A stretch of DNA of 40,821 nucleotides from Vicinamibacteria bacterium (GCA_041485305.1 JBGPJH010000001.1:1-40821), one strand, 5' to 3'. Counted from the first letter of the stretch, positions 24,835 to 35,319 are shown. A program made the numbers and translations. Notes: generated from the sequence alone by a model not told the origin.

Positions 24835-25631
24835 CCCGCGTCCTGAGCGGCGCGGTCCTGCTCGCGCTGGCCGTCGCCGTTGTGTGGTTCGCGCCGGCGC
24901 TGCTGTTCCTCGTTGTCGCCGAAGCGCTGCTCGTGCTTGGCGCGATCGAGTTCGCCGCGCTCGCCCGCGCCAGCCGATTGGTGGTTCCCACAGGGGCCTC
25001 AACCGCGGCGGCAGCGCTGACCTGCGCGTCGTTCGCCCGGCTCGCCTTTGGCGGTCAGCTTTGGATTCCCCTCGAAGCGGTGCTCATGTCGGCGCTCGTC
25101 GCGATGGGGGCGCTCGCGCTCTCCACCTGGCGCGGAGGCCAGGATGCCCTGGCGTCGACGGCCGTGGCGCTTCTGCCGTCCCTGTACCTCGGGCTGCCGC
25201 TCGGATCGATGGTCGCCATCCGCGAAGCGCATGGCCCCGAGGTGCTCTTCTTGCTGATGCTGACCGTGTTCGCCAGCGACACGGCGCAGTACTACTCCGG
25301 CCGCGTGTGGGGCCGTCACCCCCTCGCGGCGACCATCAGTCCGAAGAAGACCATCGAAGGCGCTGCCGGCGGATTCGTGTTCGGCGCGTTGACCCTCGCG
25401 CTCGTCGGGCGTGCGTGGCTTCCCTCGATGCCGGCGACGCTACGAGGGCTGCTGGGTCTGGCGGTCGTGGCCGTCGGCATCGCGGGCGATTTATTCGAAT
25501 CGATGCTGAAAAGAAGCGCCGGCGTCAAGGACAGTTCGACGCTGATTCCCGGCCACGGCGGCATTCTCGACCGCATCGACGCCCTGCTGTTTGCGGCGCC
25601 CGTGTACTACCTCGTGTTGAAATCCCTGTGA
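24831..25631 (+). CDS. cdsA: Phosphatidate cytidylyltransferase
   Basis: The CDS signature SMLKRSAGVKDSSTLIPGHGGILDRIDALLFAAP in a polytopic membrane protein. GTG 24831 overlaps the uppS stop (GTGA). Confidence 0.92.
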
Positions 25632-25638
25632 AGCCGTC

Positions 25639-26808
25639 GTGAAACGCATCGCCATCCTCGGGTCGACCGGGTCGATCGGCCAGAGTGCGCTGGCCGTCGT
25701 GGACCACCACGCCGATCGCCTCAGCGTTGTCGGCCTTGCCGCGAACGAAAACGCCGAGCGGCTGGCCGAGCAAGTGGCGCGGTATCGACCCCGAGTCGTG
25801 GCCATGGGGTCGGCGGCAGCCGTCGATCGCCTGCGCTCGCGGGGCTTGCTGCCGGGCGTGACGATTGCGGGCACCGGGCGCGAAGGCCTCGTCGCGATTG
25901 CCTCCCACCCGGACGTCGACCTGGTGCTCTGCGCGTCGTCGGGCACCGACGGCCTCGAGGCCGTGCTCGCGGCGATCGAGCACGCCAAGACGGTCGCATT
26001 GGCAAACAAGGAAGTGCTTGTGATGGCCGGCGCGATAGTGACCGAAGCCGCTCGCCGCGGACACGCGTTAATCCTGCCGGTCGACAGCGAGCACAACGCG
26101 ATTCATCAGTGCCTCCATGGGCGCGCCCCCGCCGAGACCAAGCGGGTGGTCCTGACCGCGTCGGGCGGACCCTTTCGGGGACGAAGCGCGTCTGAGCTGG
26201 AGACGGTCACGGCAGCCGACGCGCTCCAGCATCCGACGTGGCGGATGGGTCGGAAGATCACCATCGATTCCGCGACGCTCATGAACAAGGGACTCGAGGT
26301 CATCGAGGCCCGCTGGCTGTTTGGCCTGAAGCCGGAGCAGATTGACGTCGTCATTCACCCCCAGTCGGTGGTGCATTCGATGGTGGAGCTGGTCGATGGG
26401 TCGATAATCGCCCAGCTCGGGGTGACCGACATGCGACTGCCGATTCAGTATGCGTTTTCCTATCCCGATCGGTGGCCTGCTCCGTTGCCCTCGCTCGACC
26501 TTCCGCGAGCAGGACGCCTGGAGTTCGAGGCGCCAGACACCGGTGTGTTTCCATGTCTCGGCCTCGCCTATCGGGCACTCGAGTCGGAGCGGAGCCTTCC
26601 GGTGGTCTTGAACGCCGCGAACGAAATAGCGGTGGCCCGGTTCTTGGAAGGACGTCTCGCATTCAAAGCCATCCCGTATGTGATCGAGCGCGCCATGGAC
26701 GCCCATCGGGCCGCGGAAGTGCGCACCCTTGCCGAAGTTCGCGCAGTCGATTGCTGGGCTCGCAGTTATGCCGAAGAGACGGCCCGCGGGGTAGAATTGA
26801 AGCTCTGA
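25639..26808 (+). CDS. dxr: 1-deoxy-D-xylulose-5-phosphate reductoisomerase
   Basis: ILGSTGSIGQSAL (NADPH site), LANKE, PVDSEHNAI, HPTWRMG. Confidence 0.96.
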   Translation: MKRIAILGSTGSIGQSALAVVDHHADRLSVVGLAANENAERLAEQVARYRPRVVAMGSAAAVDRLRSRGLLPGVTIAGTGREGLVAIASHPDVDLVLCASSGTDGLEAVLAAIEHAKTVALANKEVLVMAGAIVTEAARRGHALILPVDSEHNAIHQCLHGRAPAETKRVVLTASGGPFRGRSASELETVTAADALQHPTWRMGRKITIDSATLMNKGLEVIEARWLFGLKPEQIDVVIHPQSVVHSMVELVDGSIIAQLGVTDMRLPIQYAFSYPDRWPAPLPSLDLPRAGRLEFEAPDTGVFPCLGLAYRALESERSLPVVLNAANEIAVARFLEGRLAFKAIPYVIERAMDAHRAAEVRTLAEVRAVDCWARSYAEETARGVELKL

Positions 26809-26818
26809 GGTTCCGGAA

Positions 26819-28150
26819 TTGTCTACGCTGATAACAGTTCTTTCGTTCGCGTTCGTGCTCGGGGTGCTCGTGTTCGTGCATGAGCTGGGCCATTTTTTGG
26901 CTGCGAAGCGCGTCGGCATTAAAGTGTTGAAGTTCCAGCTGGGCTTCAATCCGACGGTCGCGAGCTTCCGCCGCGGCGATACCGAATACGGCATCGGCGC
27001 GCTGCCGCTCGGAGGCTACGTCAAGATGGCCGGAGAGAGCCCCGACGACGCGCGCACTGGCGGTTCCGACGAGTTCCTCTCGAAGTCGAAGTGGGAGCGG
27101 TTTCAGGTCCTCGTCATGGGGCCGGCCATGAACCTGCTCCTGGCGCTGGCGTTGACGGCCGTCGTGCTGTACCAGGGCGCCGAGAGGGCCGCCTACGAGG
27201 ACCAGCCAGTGGTGATTGGTGCGGTCGAGGCTGGCTCGCCCGCCGCGCAGGCTGGTATCCAACCGGGAGATCGCATCCTGTCGGTGGCCGGCCGTTCGGT
27301 CCCCACATGGGAAAACTTCTACATTGCCGTCGGAACGCGAGTCAACCGCGAAGTGGCAATCAGCCTGGCGCGAGGCGGCACCGAGATGACTCGAAGCGTG
27401 ACGCCCGCCGGCTCGGTGAACAGGCCGCTGGATGTCGGCGACATTGGCGTTCTGCCGAACGTGCATCCCCATATTCGATCTGTCAGCCCGGGGGAAGCTG
27501 CGGAGCGGGCCGGCCTCAAAGCGAACGACGTCGTCCTCGCCGTGGACGGACAGACCATTACGTTCGCGTCGCAGCTGAAAGCGGCCATCTCCAAGAAGCC
27601 TGAACAACAGATCGCACTCTCGATCTTGCGAAATGGGGACACGCTGGCTGTCCCCGCCACGCCGGCGCGACGCGGCGATTCGGGACTCCTCGGCATTGCC
27701 ATCGCCGACGAGACCGTCAGCGTCCAGCCAGGTGCCCTTGGCGCGATGAGGATGAGTGTTCAGAAGAACGTGCAGTACGCCGGCCTCATCTTTCAGACCG
27801 TGTGGGGACTCCTCACGCGCGAAACGTCGCCCAAACAGCTGATGGGTCCGCTCGCTATCGCGCAGCTTTCCGGCGAGTCGGCGCAGCTGGGCTGGATTGC
27901 GCTCCTCAGCCTGATGGCGTCGATCAGCCTCAACTTAGGCCTCCTCAATCTGCTGCCCATCCCCGTGCTCGACGGGGGTCACATCTTCATCATGACGCTC
28001 GAAGGGATCACCAGGCGCGACTTCAGCATCCAGGTGAAGGAGAAGATGCTGCTCGCCGGTTTTGTGGTATTGATGATGCTTATGGTGACCGTCATCTACA
28101 ACGATCTGACGCGCATCAGCTGGATTGAACGGCTGATGCCGTGGCGATAG
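26819..28150 (+). CDS. rseP: RIP (site-2) zinc metalloprotease RseP
   Basis: HELGHF (HExxH) in TM1, two PDZ-like segments (GSPAAQAGIQPGDRIL and PGEAAERAGLKANDVVL), and a C-terminal NLLPIPVLDGGH motif. TTG start. Confidence 0.93.
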   Translation: MSTLITVLSFAFVLGVLVFVHELGHFLAAKRVGIKVLKFQLGFNPTVASFRRGDTEYGIGALPLGGYVKMAGESPDDARTGGSDEFLSKSKWERFQVLVMGPAMNLLLALALTAVVLYQGAERAAYEDQPVVIGAVEAGSPAAQAGIQPGDRILSVAGRSVPTWENFYIAVGTRVNREVAISLARGGTEMTRSVTPAGSVNRPLDVGDIGVLPNVHPHIRSVSPGEAAERAGLKANDVVLAVDGQTITFASQLKAAISKKPEQQIALSILRNGDTLAVPATPARRGDSGLLGIAIADETVSVQPGALGAMRMSVQKNVQYAGLIFQTVWGLLTRETSPKQLMGPLAIAQLSGESAQLGWIALLSLMASISLNLGLLNLLPIPVLDGGHIFIMTLEGITRRDFSIQVKEKMLLAGFVVLMMLMVTVIYNDLTRISWIERLMPWR

Positions 28151-28160
28151 TGAGGTCGCG

Positions 28161-29075
28161 ATGAACTTCCTGACATTCATCAAAGGGATGGGGTTGGCGC
28201 TGACGCTCGGGATCGGGCTGGGCCAGCCCGCGGCGGCTCAGAACATCACGTCCACCGACATTCAACGGCTGCAGGACAGCCTTACCGATGCCTCGCGGGA
28301 CATCTCGCAGACTCGTGCGCGGGACTCGGCCCTTGGCCCACAGCTTCAGACCGAGCTGGACGATCTGCGCGACGAAACGACCTATCTGAAGGTGAAGCTC
28401 CGCAAGAACGAGCCGACCGCTCGGAGCGAGTATTTCGCCCTGCGGGACCGGATCGACGACCTTCGCTCCCGGGCCCGCGGCGACGCCGCGACCCGGTCAG
28501 CGCCGGCCGCGGGTTCGACCGCCGACAGCAGCGACCGCTCCCGAACCGGTGGCGGAGCGCGCGCGTCGGGTTCCTCCAGCGTTGACGTACCGGTCGGCAC
28601 CGAGTTCGACGTGCGCTTGCAGCAGTCTCTCACCTCGGGGACCGCGCAGGTGGAGGATCGGTTCGAGGCCACGACGATGGTCGACTTGCGCCAGGGCGAT
28701 CGGTTGATGGTACCCGCCGGCTCGCTCATGCGCGGGGTCGTCAGCGCGGTGAACAAGGCCGGGCGTGTCGATCGCAAAGGCAGCCTGACGGTCGCGTTCG
28801 ATCAGGTCACGATCAACGGCCGCAGCTATCCGATTCGCGCGACGGTGACCCAGGCGATCGAAAGCGAGGGGGTCCGCGGCGAAGCCGGGAAGATCGGGAC
28901 GGGCGCCGGCGTCGGCGCGATCATCGGCGGCATTCTTGGCGGCTTCCGGGGGGCGCTTGCCGGCATCCTGATTGGGGGCGGCGGAACGATCGCGGCAACC
29001 GAAGGCAAGGATGTCGCTTTACCGGCCGGAACCGTGCTGCGCGTGCGGCTCGACTCGGGTCTGAACCTGCGCTGA
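28161..29075 (+). CDS. Hypothetical secreted protein with a coiled-coil N-terminal region, a beta-rich core and a C-terminal glycine zipper
   Basis: Signal peptide MNFLTFIKGMGLALTLGIGLGQPAAAQ. A helical, charged segment (QRLQDSLTDASRDISQ...) is followed by a Ser/Gly/Ala/Arg linker. The glycine zipper reads GTGAGVGAIIGGILGGFRGALAGILIGGGG. I did not recognise a family with confidence. Confidence 0.6.
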   Translation: MNFLTFIKGMGLALTLGIGLGQPAAAQNITSTDIQRLQDSLTDASRDISQTRARDSALGPQLQTELDDLRDETTYLKVKLRKNEPTARSEYFALRDRIDDLRSRARGDAATRSAPAAGSTADSSDRSRTGGGARASGSSSVDVPVGTEFDVRLQQSLTSGTAQVEDRFEATTMVDLRQGDRLMVPAGSLMRGVVSAVNKAGRVDRKGSLTVAFDQVTINGRSYPIRATVTQAIESEGVRGEAGKIGTGAGVGAIIGGILGGFRGALAGILIGGGGTIAATEGKDVALPAGTVLRVRLDSGLNLR

Positions 29076-29117
29076 GGGGGCGGTGGGGGCCGGGACGCTG
29101 GGTCCGGCGGCCTCGCG

Positions 29118-30410
29118 TCAGCTGACCTTCCTGGCCTCTCGCATCGCCGCTCTCGCGGCGGCGATCGTCTGGTTGACGTCGCGAACCGTGTGAGCGGCCG
29201 ACAGGAACCACGCCTCGAACTGCGATGGTGGCGGGTAGATGCCTCTGGCGATCATGCTCCGGAAAAACAGCGCGTACTGCGCGGTGTTGGCCGACGTCGC
29301 TGACCCGTAGTTCCGGACAGGCTTCTCGGTAAAAAACGGCGTCAGCACCGATCCGAACGCGTTGACCTGAACGGCCAGACCTGCCTCGCGCGCGGCGTCG
29401 GCCAGGCCCGCGGCCAGTCGCGTTCCAAGAGCGGCGAGGGTGCGGTACAGGCGCGGCCGGAGCCGATCGAGAGACCAGATGCCTGCGGCCATCGCGAGCG
29501 GATTGCCCGACAAGGTACCCGCCTGGTACACGGGTCCTGCAGGGGAGACAAGCTCCATCAGGTCCGCCCGTCCCCCGTAGGCGCCGACGGGCAGGCCTCC
29601 GCCGATGATCTTCCCGAGACACGTGAGATCCGGCACGACGCGCGCAAGCTCCTGCACGCCTCCTGGCGCCGCGCGAAATCCCGAGATCACTTCGTCGAAG
29701 ACGAGCAAAGCGCCATGCGCGTTGCACAGATCCCGCAGCCCCCGCAAGAAGCCCTCGCCCGCCGGTACCACGCCCATGTTGCCGGCAAGGGGTTCAACGA
29801 TGAGCGCGGCGACCTGACCCTGGTTTGCGTCGAACAAGCGATTCACCGACTCGAGGTTGTTGTAGCTCGCGAGTAGGGTGTCGGCAGCCACAGCCTTTGT
29901 TACCCCAGGGCTCGTCGGCGTTCCGAGGGTCAACGCGCCAGACCCCGCCTGCACGAGAAACGGGTCCGCGTGGCCGTGGTAGCACCCCTCGAACTTGATG
30001 ATCTTGTCGCGGCCGGTCGCTGCGCGTGCCACGCGGATTGCGCTCATCGTGGCTTCGGTTCCCGAGCTGACGAACCGCACCCGCTGGAGCGACGGCATCA
30101 GGCGGCGCACGCGCTCGCCGAGCTCGACCTCGAGCTCGTTCGGCGCGCCGTAGCTCGTGCCTGCCCGCGCGTGGGCCGCCAGCGATCTCACGAGGCCTCG
30201 AGGCGCGTGACCGTGGATGAGTGGTCCCCACGACATCACGTAGTCGATGAGCGTGTTACCGTCGACGTCTTCGAGTCGTGCGCCGTACGCGCGACGAATG
30301 AACAAGGGAGCCGCGCCGACCGATTTGAACGCGCGGACCGGGCTGTTCACACCCCCGGGAAAAATCCGGAGCGCGCGCGAGAAGAGTCGAGAGGATTTGG
30401 TCGTGCGCAT
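29118..30410 (-). CDS. hemL: Glutamate-1-semialdehyde 2,1-aminomutase
   Basis: VNSPVRAF, FEGCYHGH, DEVISGFR and the PLP-Lys region CLGKIIGGGLPVGAYGG. Confidence 0.96.
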   Translation of the reverse strand: MRTTKSSRLFSRALRIFPGGVNSPVRAFKSVGAAPLFIRRAYGARLEDVDGNTLIDYVMSWGPLIHGHAPRGLVRSLAAHARAGTSYGAPNELEVELGERVRRLMPSLQRVRFVSSGTEATMSAIRVARAATGRDKIIKFEGCYHGHADPFLVQAGSGALTLGTPTSPGVTKAVAADTLLASYNNLESVNRLFDANQGQVAALIVEPLAGNMGVVPAGEGFLRGLRDLCNAHGALLVFDEVISGFRAAPGGVQELARVVPDLTCLGKIIGGGLPVGAYGGRADLMELVSPAGPVYQAGTLSGNPLAMAAGIWSLDRLRPRLYRTLAALGTRLAAGLADAAREAGLAVQVNAFGSVLTPFFTEKPVRNYGSATSANTAQYALFFRSMIARGIYPPPSQFEAWFLSAAHTVRDVNQTIAAARAAMREARKVS

Positions 30411-30439
30411 GTTGATTTCGTGCTCTCGGTCGCCGCGCC

Positions 30440-31435
30440 TTACGCGAGTGCACGGGCGGCTTCGCGTGCGTAGTAGGTGATGATGATGTCCGCCCCTGCG
30501 CGGCGAATCGCCGTCAGGGTCTCGAGCATCGCGCGGCGCTCTTCGATCCAGCCGTTCTGCGCCGCGGCCTTCAACATCGCGTACTCACCGCTGACGTGGT
30601 ACGCCGCCGTCGGGTAGCCGAAGGTCTCCTTGACGCGGGCAATCACATCCAGGTAGGGCAGGGCTGGCTTCACCATCAGGATGTCTGCGCCTTCCTCGAT
30701 ATCCTGTTCCACCTCGCGAATGGCTTCCCTAGCGTTGGCCGGATCCATCTGGTGCGATCGACGATCCCCGAACTTCGGTGCCGAGCCTGCCGCGTCGCGG
30801 AACGGGCCGTAGAAGGCGGAGCAGTACTTGGCCGCGTAGGACATGATAGCGACGCGTTCGAACCCCCGTTCGTCGAGCGCCCGCCGGATGGCTCCCACGC
30901 GCCCGTCCATCATGTCGGATGGCGCCACGATGTCTGCGCCCGCGGCTGCATGCGAGACGGCAGCGCGCACGAGTTGGTCCACGGTCGGGTCGTTGGCAAT
31001 CTCGCCGTCGACGACGATGCCACAGTGCCCGTGGTCGGTGTATTCGCACAGACACACGTCGGTCGTCACCAACAGGTCACGCACTTCGCGCTTGATGGCG
31101 CGAATGGCCGCCTGAACGGGCGCATCGGCGTCGTATGCCGCCGATCCAATATCGTCTTTTCTCTCGGGCAGGCCGAAGAGCAGCACGCTCCTGACGCCGT
31201 CGGCCCTGGCAGCCTCAGCCTCCCGCACTGCCTCGTCGACCGACAGATTGAACACGCCGGGCATCGAGCCCACCTCGCGCCGAACGCCCCGGCCTTCGCA
31301 GACGAACAGCGGCAGGATGAACATGTCCGGAGACAAACGGGTTTCGCGCACCAGGGCCCGCATGGCCTCGCTCGTGCGCAGCCGACGGAGGCGTCGGGTT
31401 AGCGGCAGCGTCGTATGTGCATGGATGGGGTTCAT
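30440..31435 (-). CDS. hemB: Porphobilinogen synthase (delta-aminolevulinate dehydratase), Zn-type
   Basis: Cys-rich zinc site [14 protein letters not shown], active-site Lys regions MVKPAL and SGEYAM. Confidence 0.96.
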   Translation of the reverse strand: MNPIHAHTTLPLTRRLRRLRTSEAMRALVRETRLSPDMFILPLFVCEGRGVRREVGSMPGVFNLSVDEAVREAEAARADGVRSVLLFGLPERKDDIGSAAYDADAPVQAAIRAIKREVRDLLVTTDVCLCEYTDHGHCGIVVDGEIANDPTVDQLVRAAVSHAAAGADIVAPSDMMDGRVGAIRRALDERGFERVAIMSYAAKYCSAFYGPFRDAAGSAPKFGDRRSHQMDPANAREAIREVEQDIEEGADILMVKPALPYLDVIARVKETFGYPTAAYHVSGEYAMLKAAAQNGWIEERRAMLETLTAIRRAGADIIITYYAREAARALA

Positions 31436-32961
31436 GACTGCCTCTCGAAGTAACCGACAATTGCTTCCACGAGTGCCGCAATCGTGTACTGGGCCGGCAT
31501 GATTGTCGTGTCGATGTGGTACCTCGCCGCCGCCTCAGCCGTCACCGGCCCGATGGAGGCGACGAGGGTGGTCCTCAGCAGGTCGGCGGCAGGTTCGGCA
31601 CCGAGCGCTTTGACGAAGCTTCTGACGGCTGAAGGACTGGTAAAGGTCACGACATCGATACGGCGATCGAGCAGCATGCGATAGATATCCGGCTCGCCCT
31701 CGCCGCCCACGTCCACAGTCACCGTCCGGTACGCGACTGCTTCCGTGACGTCGGCACCTTCCTTCCGAAGCTCGTCCGCAATCACGTCTCGTCCGATGTC
31801 AGCGCGCGGCAGACACACGCGCAGGCCCCAGACCACGCGTTCCCGAGACATCGCGGCCACGACCGCTTCGGCCCGCGACTCCGCGGGCAGCAGGTCGACC
31901 TTCAACCCGTATCGCTCGAGGCGCGCTCGGGTCGAGGGCCCGACGGCGCAGAGCTTCACGCCGCTGAGAGCGCGAAGGTCGAGGGGCGACGCGAGCAGCC
32001 GTTCGATGAAGGCGTCCACGGCGTTGACACTGGAAAACACGATCCAATCGAACTGCCGCACCCTCGCGCAAACGTCGTCGAGCGGGCCGAAGTCGGCCGG
32101 TGGGACGATGCGAATCATCGGTGCTTCAATCGGGTCGGCGCCAAGCCCTTCCAGGAGGTCGACCAGCTCGGCGGCCTGTTCGCGCGGGCGGGTGACGAGA
32201 ATCCGCTTGCCGAATAGCGGCCGGGAGTCGAACCAGCGCAGGTGCTCGCGCAACGCCGTCACCCGTCCCACAACGAGGATCGCCGGGCGCCGGTCGCCCG
32301 ATTGCTTTACCGCTTTCGCGATTTCGCCGAGCGACCCGAGCGTCGTTTCCTGCGTGGGCAGTGTGCCGTCGTAGATGAGCGCAGCGGAATCTTCGCTCGG
32401 GCGCCCGTGGGAGATGAGCGCACTCAGCAAGTGCGACAGCTGATTGGGTCCCCCGTAGCACACGATCGTGCCGTCCAGGCTGGCGAGGCCCGTCCAATCG
32501 ACGGCGGCTCGTGTCTTCCCCTCGTCTTCGTTGCCCCGGACGAAGGTGAGCGTGTCCCCGCTGCCGGGATAGGTGAGGGGCACGCCGGCGTAGGTGGCCG
32601 CCCCAAGTGCGGCGGGGATGCCGGGCACGACCTCGAAGCGAACCCCCTGCTCGTGCAGGAAGAGCGCCTCGGCCGCGCCGTGGTCGAACACGAACGGATC
32701 GCCCCACTTCAGGCGCGCGACGACTTTGCCTTCGCGGGCTTTCTCGGCGAGCAGATAGCAGATGGCTTCCTGCTCGAACGGCTTCGGCGCGGCCACCCCG
32801 ACGTCGATCTTTTCGGCATCAGCGCGGGCGTGGCGGAGCAAACGCGGGTGCACTTGATGGTCGTACAGCACGACGTCCGCTACCGCGAGACACTGCATGC
32901 CGCGAACGGCAATCAAACTCGGATGTCCCGGTCCGGCGCCGATCAGATAGACAACGCTCAT
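31432..32961 (-). CDS. cobA/hemD: Fused uroporphyrinogen-III C-methyltransferase (SUMT) / uroporphyrinogen-III synthase
   Basis: The N-terminal half has [25 protein letters not shown] and GDPFVFDHG (SUMT). The C-terminal half has [15 protein letters not shown]...IVFSSVNAV...FTSPSAV (HemD). The start is at the internal ATG 32961. Confidence 0.9.
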   Translation of the reverse strand: MSVVYLIGAGPGHPSLIAVRGMQCLAVADVVLYDHQVHPRLLRHARADAEKIDVGVAAPKPFEQEAICYLLAEKAREGKVVARLKWGDPFVFDHGAAEALFLHEQGVRFEVVPGIPAALGAATYAGVPLTYPGSGDTLTFVRGNEDEGKTRAAVDWTGLASLDGTIVCYGGPNQLSHLLSALISHGRPSEDSAALIYDGTLPTQETTLGSLGEIAKAVKQSGDRRPAILVVGRVTALREHLRWFDSRPLFGKRILVTRPREQAAELVDLLEGLGADPIEAPMIRIVPPADFGPLDDVCARVRQFDWIVFSSVNAVDAFIERLLASPLDLRALSGVKLCAVGPSTRARLERYGLKVDLLPAESRAEAVVAAMSRERVVWGLRVCLPRADIGRDVIADELRKEGADVTEAVAYRTVTVDVGGEGEPDIYRMLLDRRIDVVTFTSPSAVRSFVKALGAEPAADLLRTTLVASIGPVTAEAAARYHIDTTIMPAQYTIAALVEAIVGYFERQS

Positions 32962-32980
32962 GTACCCACCCGTCGAGCCA

Positions 32981-33970
32981 TCACTGCGGGCGCACCTGGT
33001 CTGCACCTCCGTGGGTGCGGCGAACCTCCTCGAGGATCTCGCCGGCGCCCTCGGCAACGAGCTGCTGGGCAGCGAGCACACCAAGCGCCGCCGCCTTTTC
33101 GCTCGAGCCGCGCGCGACCGTGCGAACTGCCCGGCTGCCATCGATCGCCACAACGGCAGCCAGCAGTTCCAGTACGCCCCCGCCCACAGGCGTTGCCAGC
33201 GCGCCAATCGGCGTGTGGCATCCGCCGCCCAGCGCCTCGACGAGCGCGCGCTCCGCCTCGAGGGACGCGGCCGCGACGCCGTCGGTCAGGACACCAACCA
33301 TCCGCCGCACATCGTCGTCGCCGGCACGGATCTCCACGGCCACGATCCCCTGGCCCGGAGCCGGCACGCACACCGCGGCCGGCAGCGTCAGCGTGATGCG
33401 CGATGCGAGGCCCAGACGCCGTAATCCCGACGCGGCCAGCACGAGCGCCTGGTGCTCGCCCGCATCGAGTTTCCGCAGGCGCGTGTCGAGATTGCCGCGG
33501 ATGGGCGCGAACGTGGCGCCCGGAAACACCCGCGTTAACTGTGCGATGCGACGCACGCTGCCGGTACCGATCGACGGCCCCGGTCCGACCGCCGCCACCA
33601 GCGCCTCCACCGTCGAAACCGCCTGGCCCCCCGAGGCCGGGAGGACGACGGCGTCGTGCGGATCCTCGCGCGGCAGCACGCCGCCAATTGCCAGACCGTC
33701 TGGCAGCACCGCGGGCAGGTCCTTGCTGCTGTGCACAGCGAGGTCGATCTCTCCTCTGAGCAACGCGTCCTCGAGTTCCTTCACGAACAGGCGCTTGCCG
33801 CCGAGCTCCGACAGCGGTCGGTCCTCTAGCCGATCCCCGGAGGTCTTGATCACGACGATCTCGCACGCGGGACCACCGGTGTCGGTCAGCAGTCCGGCAA
33901 CCATACGTGCCTGATACAGGGCCAGCTGACTCCCGCGCGTGCCGAGACGAAGCGACTGGTCCGAATGCAT
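32981..33970 (-). CDS. hemC: Hydroxymethylbilane synthase (porphobilinogen deaminase)
   Basis: LRLGTRGSQLALYQA, RGNLDTRLRKL and the cofactor Cys in GGCHTPIGA. Confidence 0.96.
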   Translation of the reverse strand: MHSDQSLRLGTRGSQLALYQARMVAGLLTDTGGPACEIVVIKTSGDRLEDRPLSELGGKRLFVKELEDALLRGEIDLAVHSSKDLPAVLPDGLAIGGVLPREDPHDAVVLPASGGQAVSTVEALVAAVGPGPSIGTGSVRRIAQLTRVFPGATFAPIRGNLDTRLRKLDAGEHQALVLAASGLRRLGLASRITLTLPAAVCVPAPGQGIVAVEIRAGDDDVRRMVGVLTDGVAAASLEAERALVEALGGGCHTPIGALATPVGGGVLELLAAVVAIDGSRAVRTVARGSSEKAAALGVLAAQQLVAEGAGEILEEVRRTHGGADQVRPQ

Positions 33971-33984
33971 CGGAGAGGGGAGGG

Positions 33985-35319
33985 TCAGCGCTTGTTCGGG
34001 CGGACGAACGGCTCCACCCGCCGGTCGACATGTTCGGTTCCTGGCGGCACTTGTTGTCCAAGGTTGAACAACCGCGTCAGAGCCTCCGAGTAGGCCGTGA
34101 GTGCTTCGGTGTCGCTCAGTGCCTTGAGTTGCTCGGTTGGCGTCAACAGCAACTTCTCGACGATGAGCCGGGTAATCTCGTCGACGCGGCTGCGCGCTTC
34201 CGGCGGAAGCGTCGAGAGCTTGAAGTCGAGGCGCTCCAGCTCGGCGCGGCGAATAGTCTCAAACCGCTGGCGCAGAGCCACGACTGTGGGAATCGCACCG
34301 CGCGAGCGGAGCCAGGCGCTGAACCGATCGACCTCTTCGCCGATGATCGCCTCGGCGCGCGCGACCTCGCTGGCTCGCCGAGCGAGGTTCTCCCGGACGG
34401 TCGCCTGCAGATCGTCGATGTTGTACAGGAACACGTGCTCGATTGTCCCAGCGGCCGCCTCGACGTCCCGAGGCATCGCGATGTCGATGATGAAGAGCGG
34501 CCGGCCCCGGCGCCGCCGCATGATCGCTTCGATGTGCGCTTTCGTGAGAATGGGTTCTCCCGCTCCGGTCGCAGTGATCACGATGTCTGAGGCGCCGAGA
34601 ATGGTGCCGATCTCGTCCCAGGGCGCCGCCGATGCGCCGCCGATGGCCTCGGCCGTTCGCGCCGCATGCGCCATCGTCCGGCTCACAATCGTGATGCCGT
34701 GCACACCCTGCGACTTCATGTGCAGAGCCGTCAGTTTGCCCATCTCGCCGGCCCCGACGACCAGGACGTTCCTGCCTCCGAGGTCGCCGAAAATCTTCTT
34801 GGCCAGCGATACCGCCGCGAAGCTGACCGAGACGGCGCCGGAACCGAGCGCGGTCTCGGTCCTCACCCGCTTGCCAACCGCGAAGGACGAGTGGAACAAC
34901 CGGTTCAGGACCGGGCCGGCCGCGCGCGCCACGGCCGCCACGGTGTGGGCCTCCTTCACCTGGCCCAGAATCTGTGGCTCGCCGACGACCTGCGAGTCGA
35001 GGCCCGCAGCCACGCGGAACAAATGCCGCGCCACTTCCAGGTCGACGACGTCGTACACGTGCTGCCGGAGCAACGAAGGGTCGACCGCGTGAAACTCGCT
35101 GATGAAGTCGACCACATCCCGCCGGGTGGCGTCGACATCGTCGCACGCGGCGTAGACTTCCGCGCGATTGCAGGTCGAGAGCACCACCGCCTCGCGCGTC
35201 GACCGCCGCGTTTCGAGCGCTCGGAGTGCGGCCTCGACGCCTCGCAGCTGAAAGTCAACCCGCTCCCGCAGATCGACCGGTGCCGTCCGATGACTGATTC
35301 CGACAAGTAGGAGATGCAA
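33985..35319 (-). CDS. hemA: Glutamyl-tRNA reductase
   Basis: LLVGISHRTAPVDLRE, the catalytic Cys in VLSTCNRAEVY, and the NADPH site VVGAGEMG. Confidence 0.96.
   Translation of the reverse strand: MHLLLVGISHRTAPVDLRERVDFQLRGVEAALRALETRRSTREAVVLSTCNRAEVYAACDDVDATRRDVVDFISEFHAVDPSLLRQHVYDVVDLEVARHLFRVAAGLDSQVVGEPQILGQVKEAHTVAAVARAAGPVLNRLFHSSFAVGKRVRTETALGSGAVSVSFAAVSLAKKIFGDLGGRNVLVVGAGEMGKLTALHMKSQGVHGITIVSRTMAHAARTAEAIGGASAAPWDEIGTILGASDIVITATGAGEPILTKAHIEAIMRRRRGRPLFIIDIAMPRDVEAAAGTIEHVFLYNIDDLQATVRENLARRASEVARAEAIIGEEVDRFSAWLRSRGAIPTVVALRQRFETIRRAELERLDFKLSTLPPEARSRVDEITRLIVEKLLLTPTEQLKALSDTEALTAYSEALTRLFNLGQQVPPGTEHVDRRVEPFVRPNKR

Noticed and set aside
32242-33914. Long plus-strand ORFs (384 aa and 435 aa) across the hemC and cobA/hemD region, and similar shadow ORFs at 34097-35092 and 35891-37132.
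   Set aside because: They are antisense to hem and VWA genes that carry unambiguous catalytic motifs. The translations are Arg/Pro/Ser-rich with no recognisable domains.
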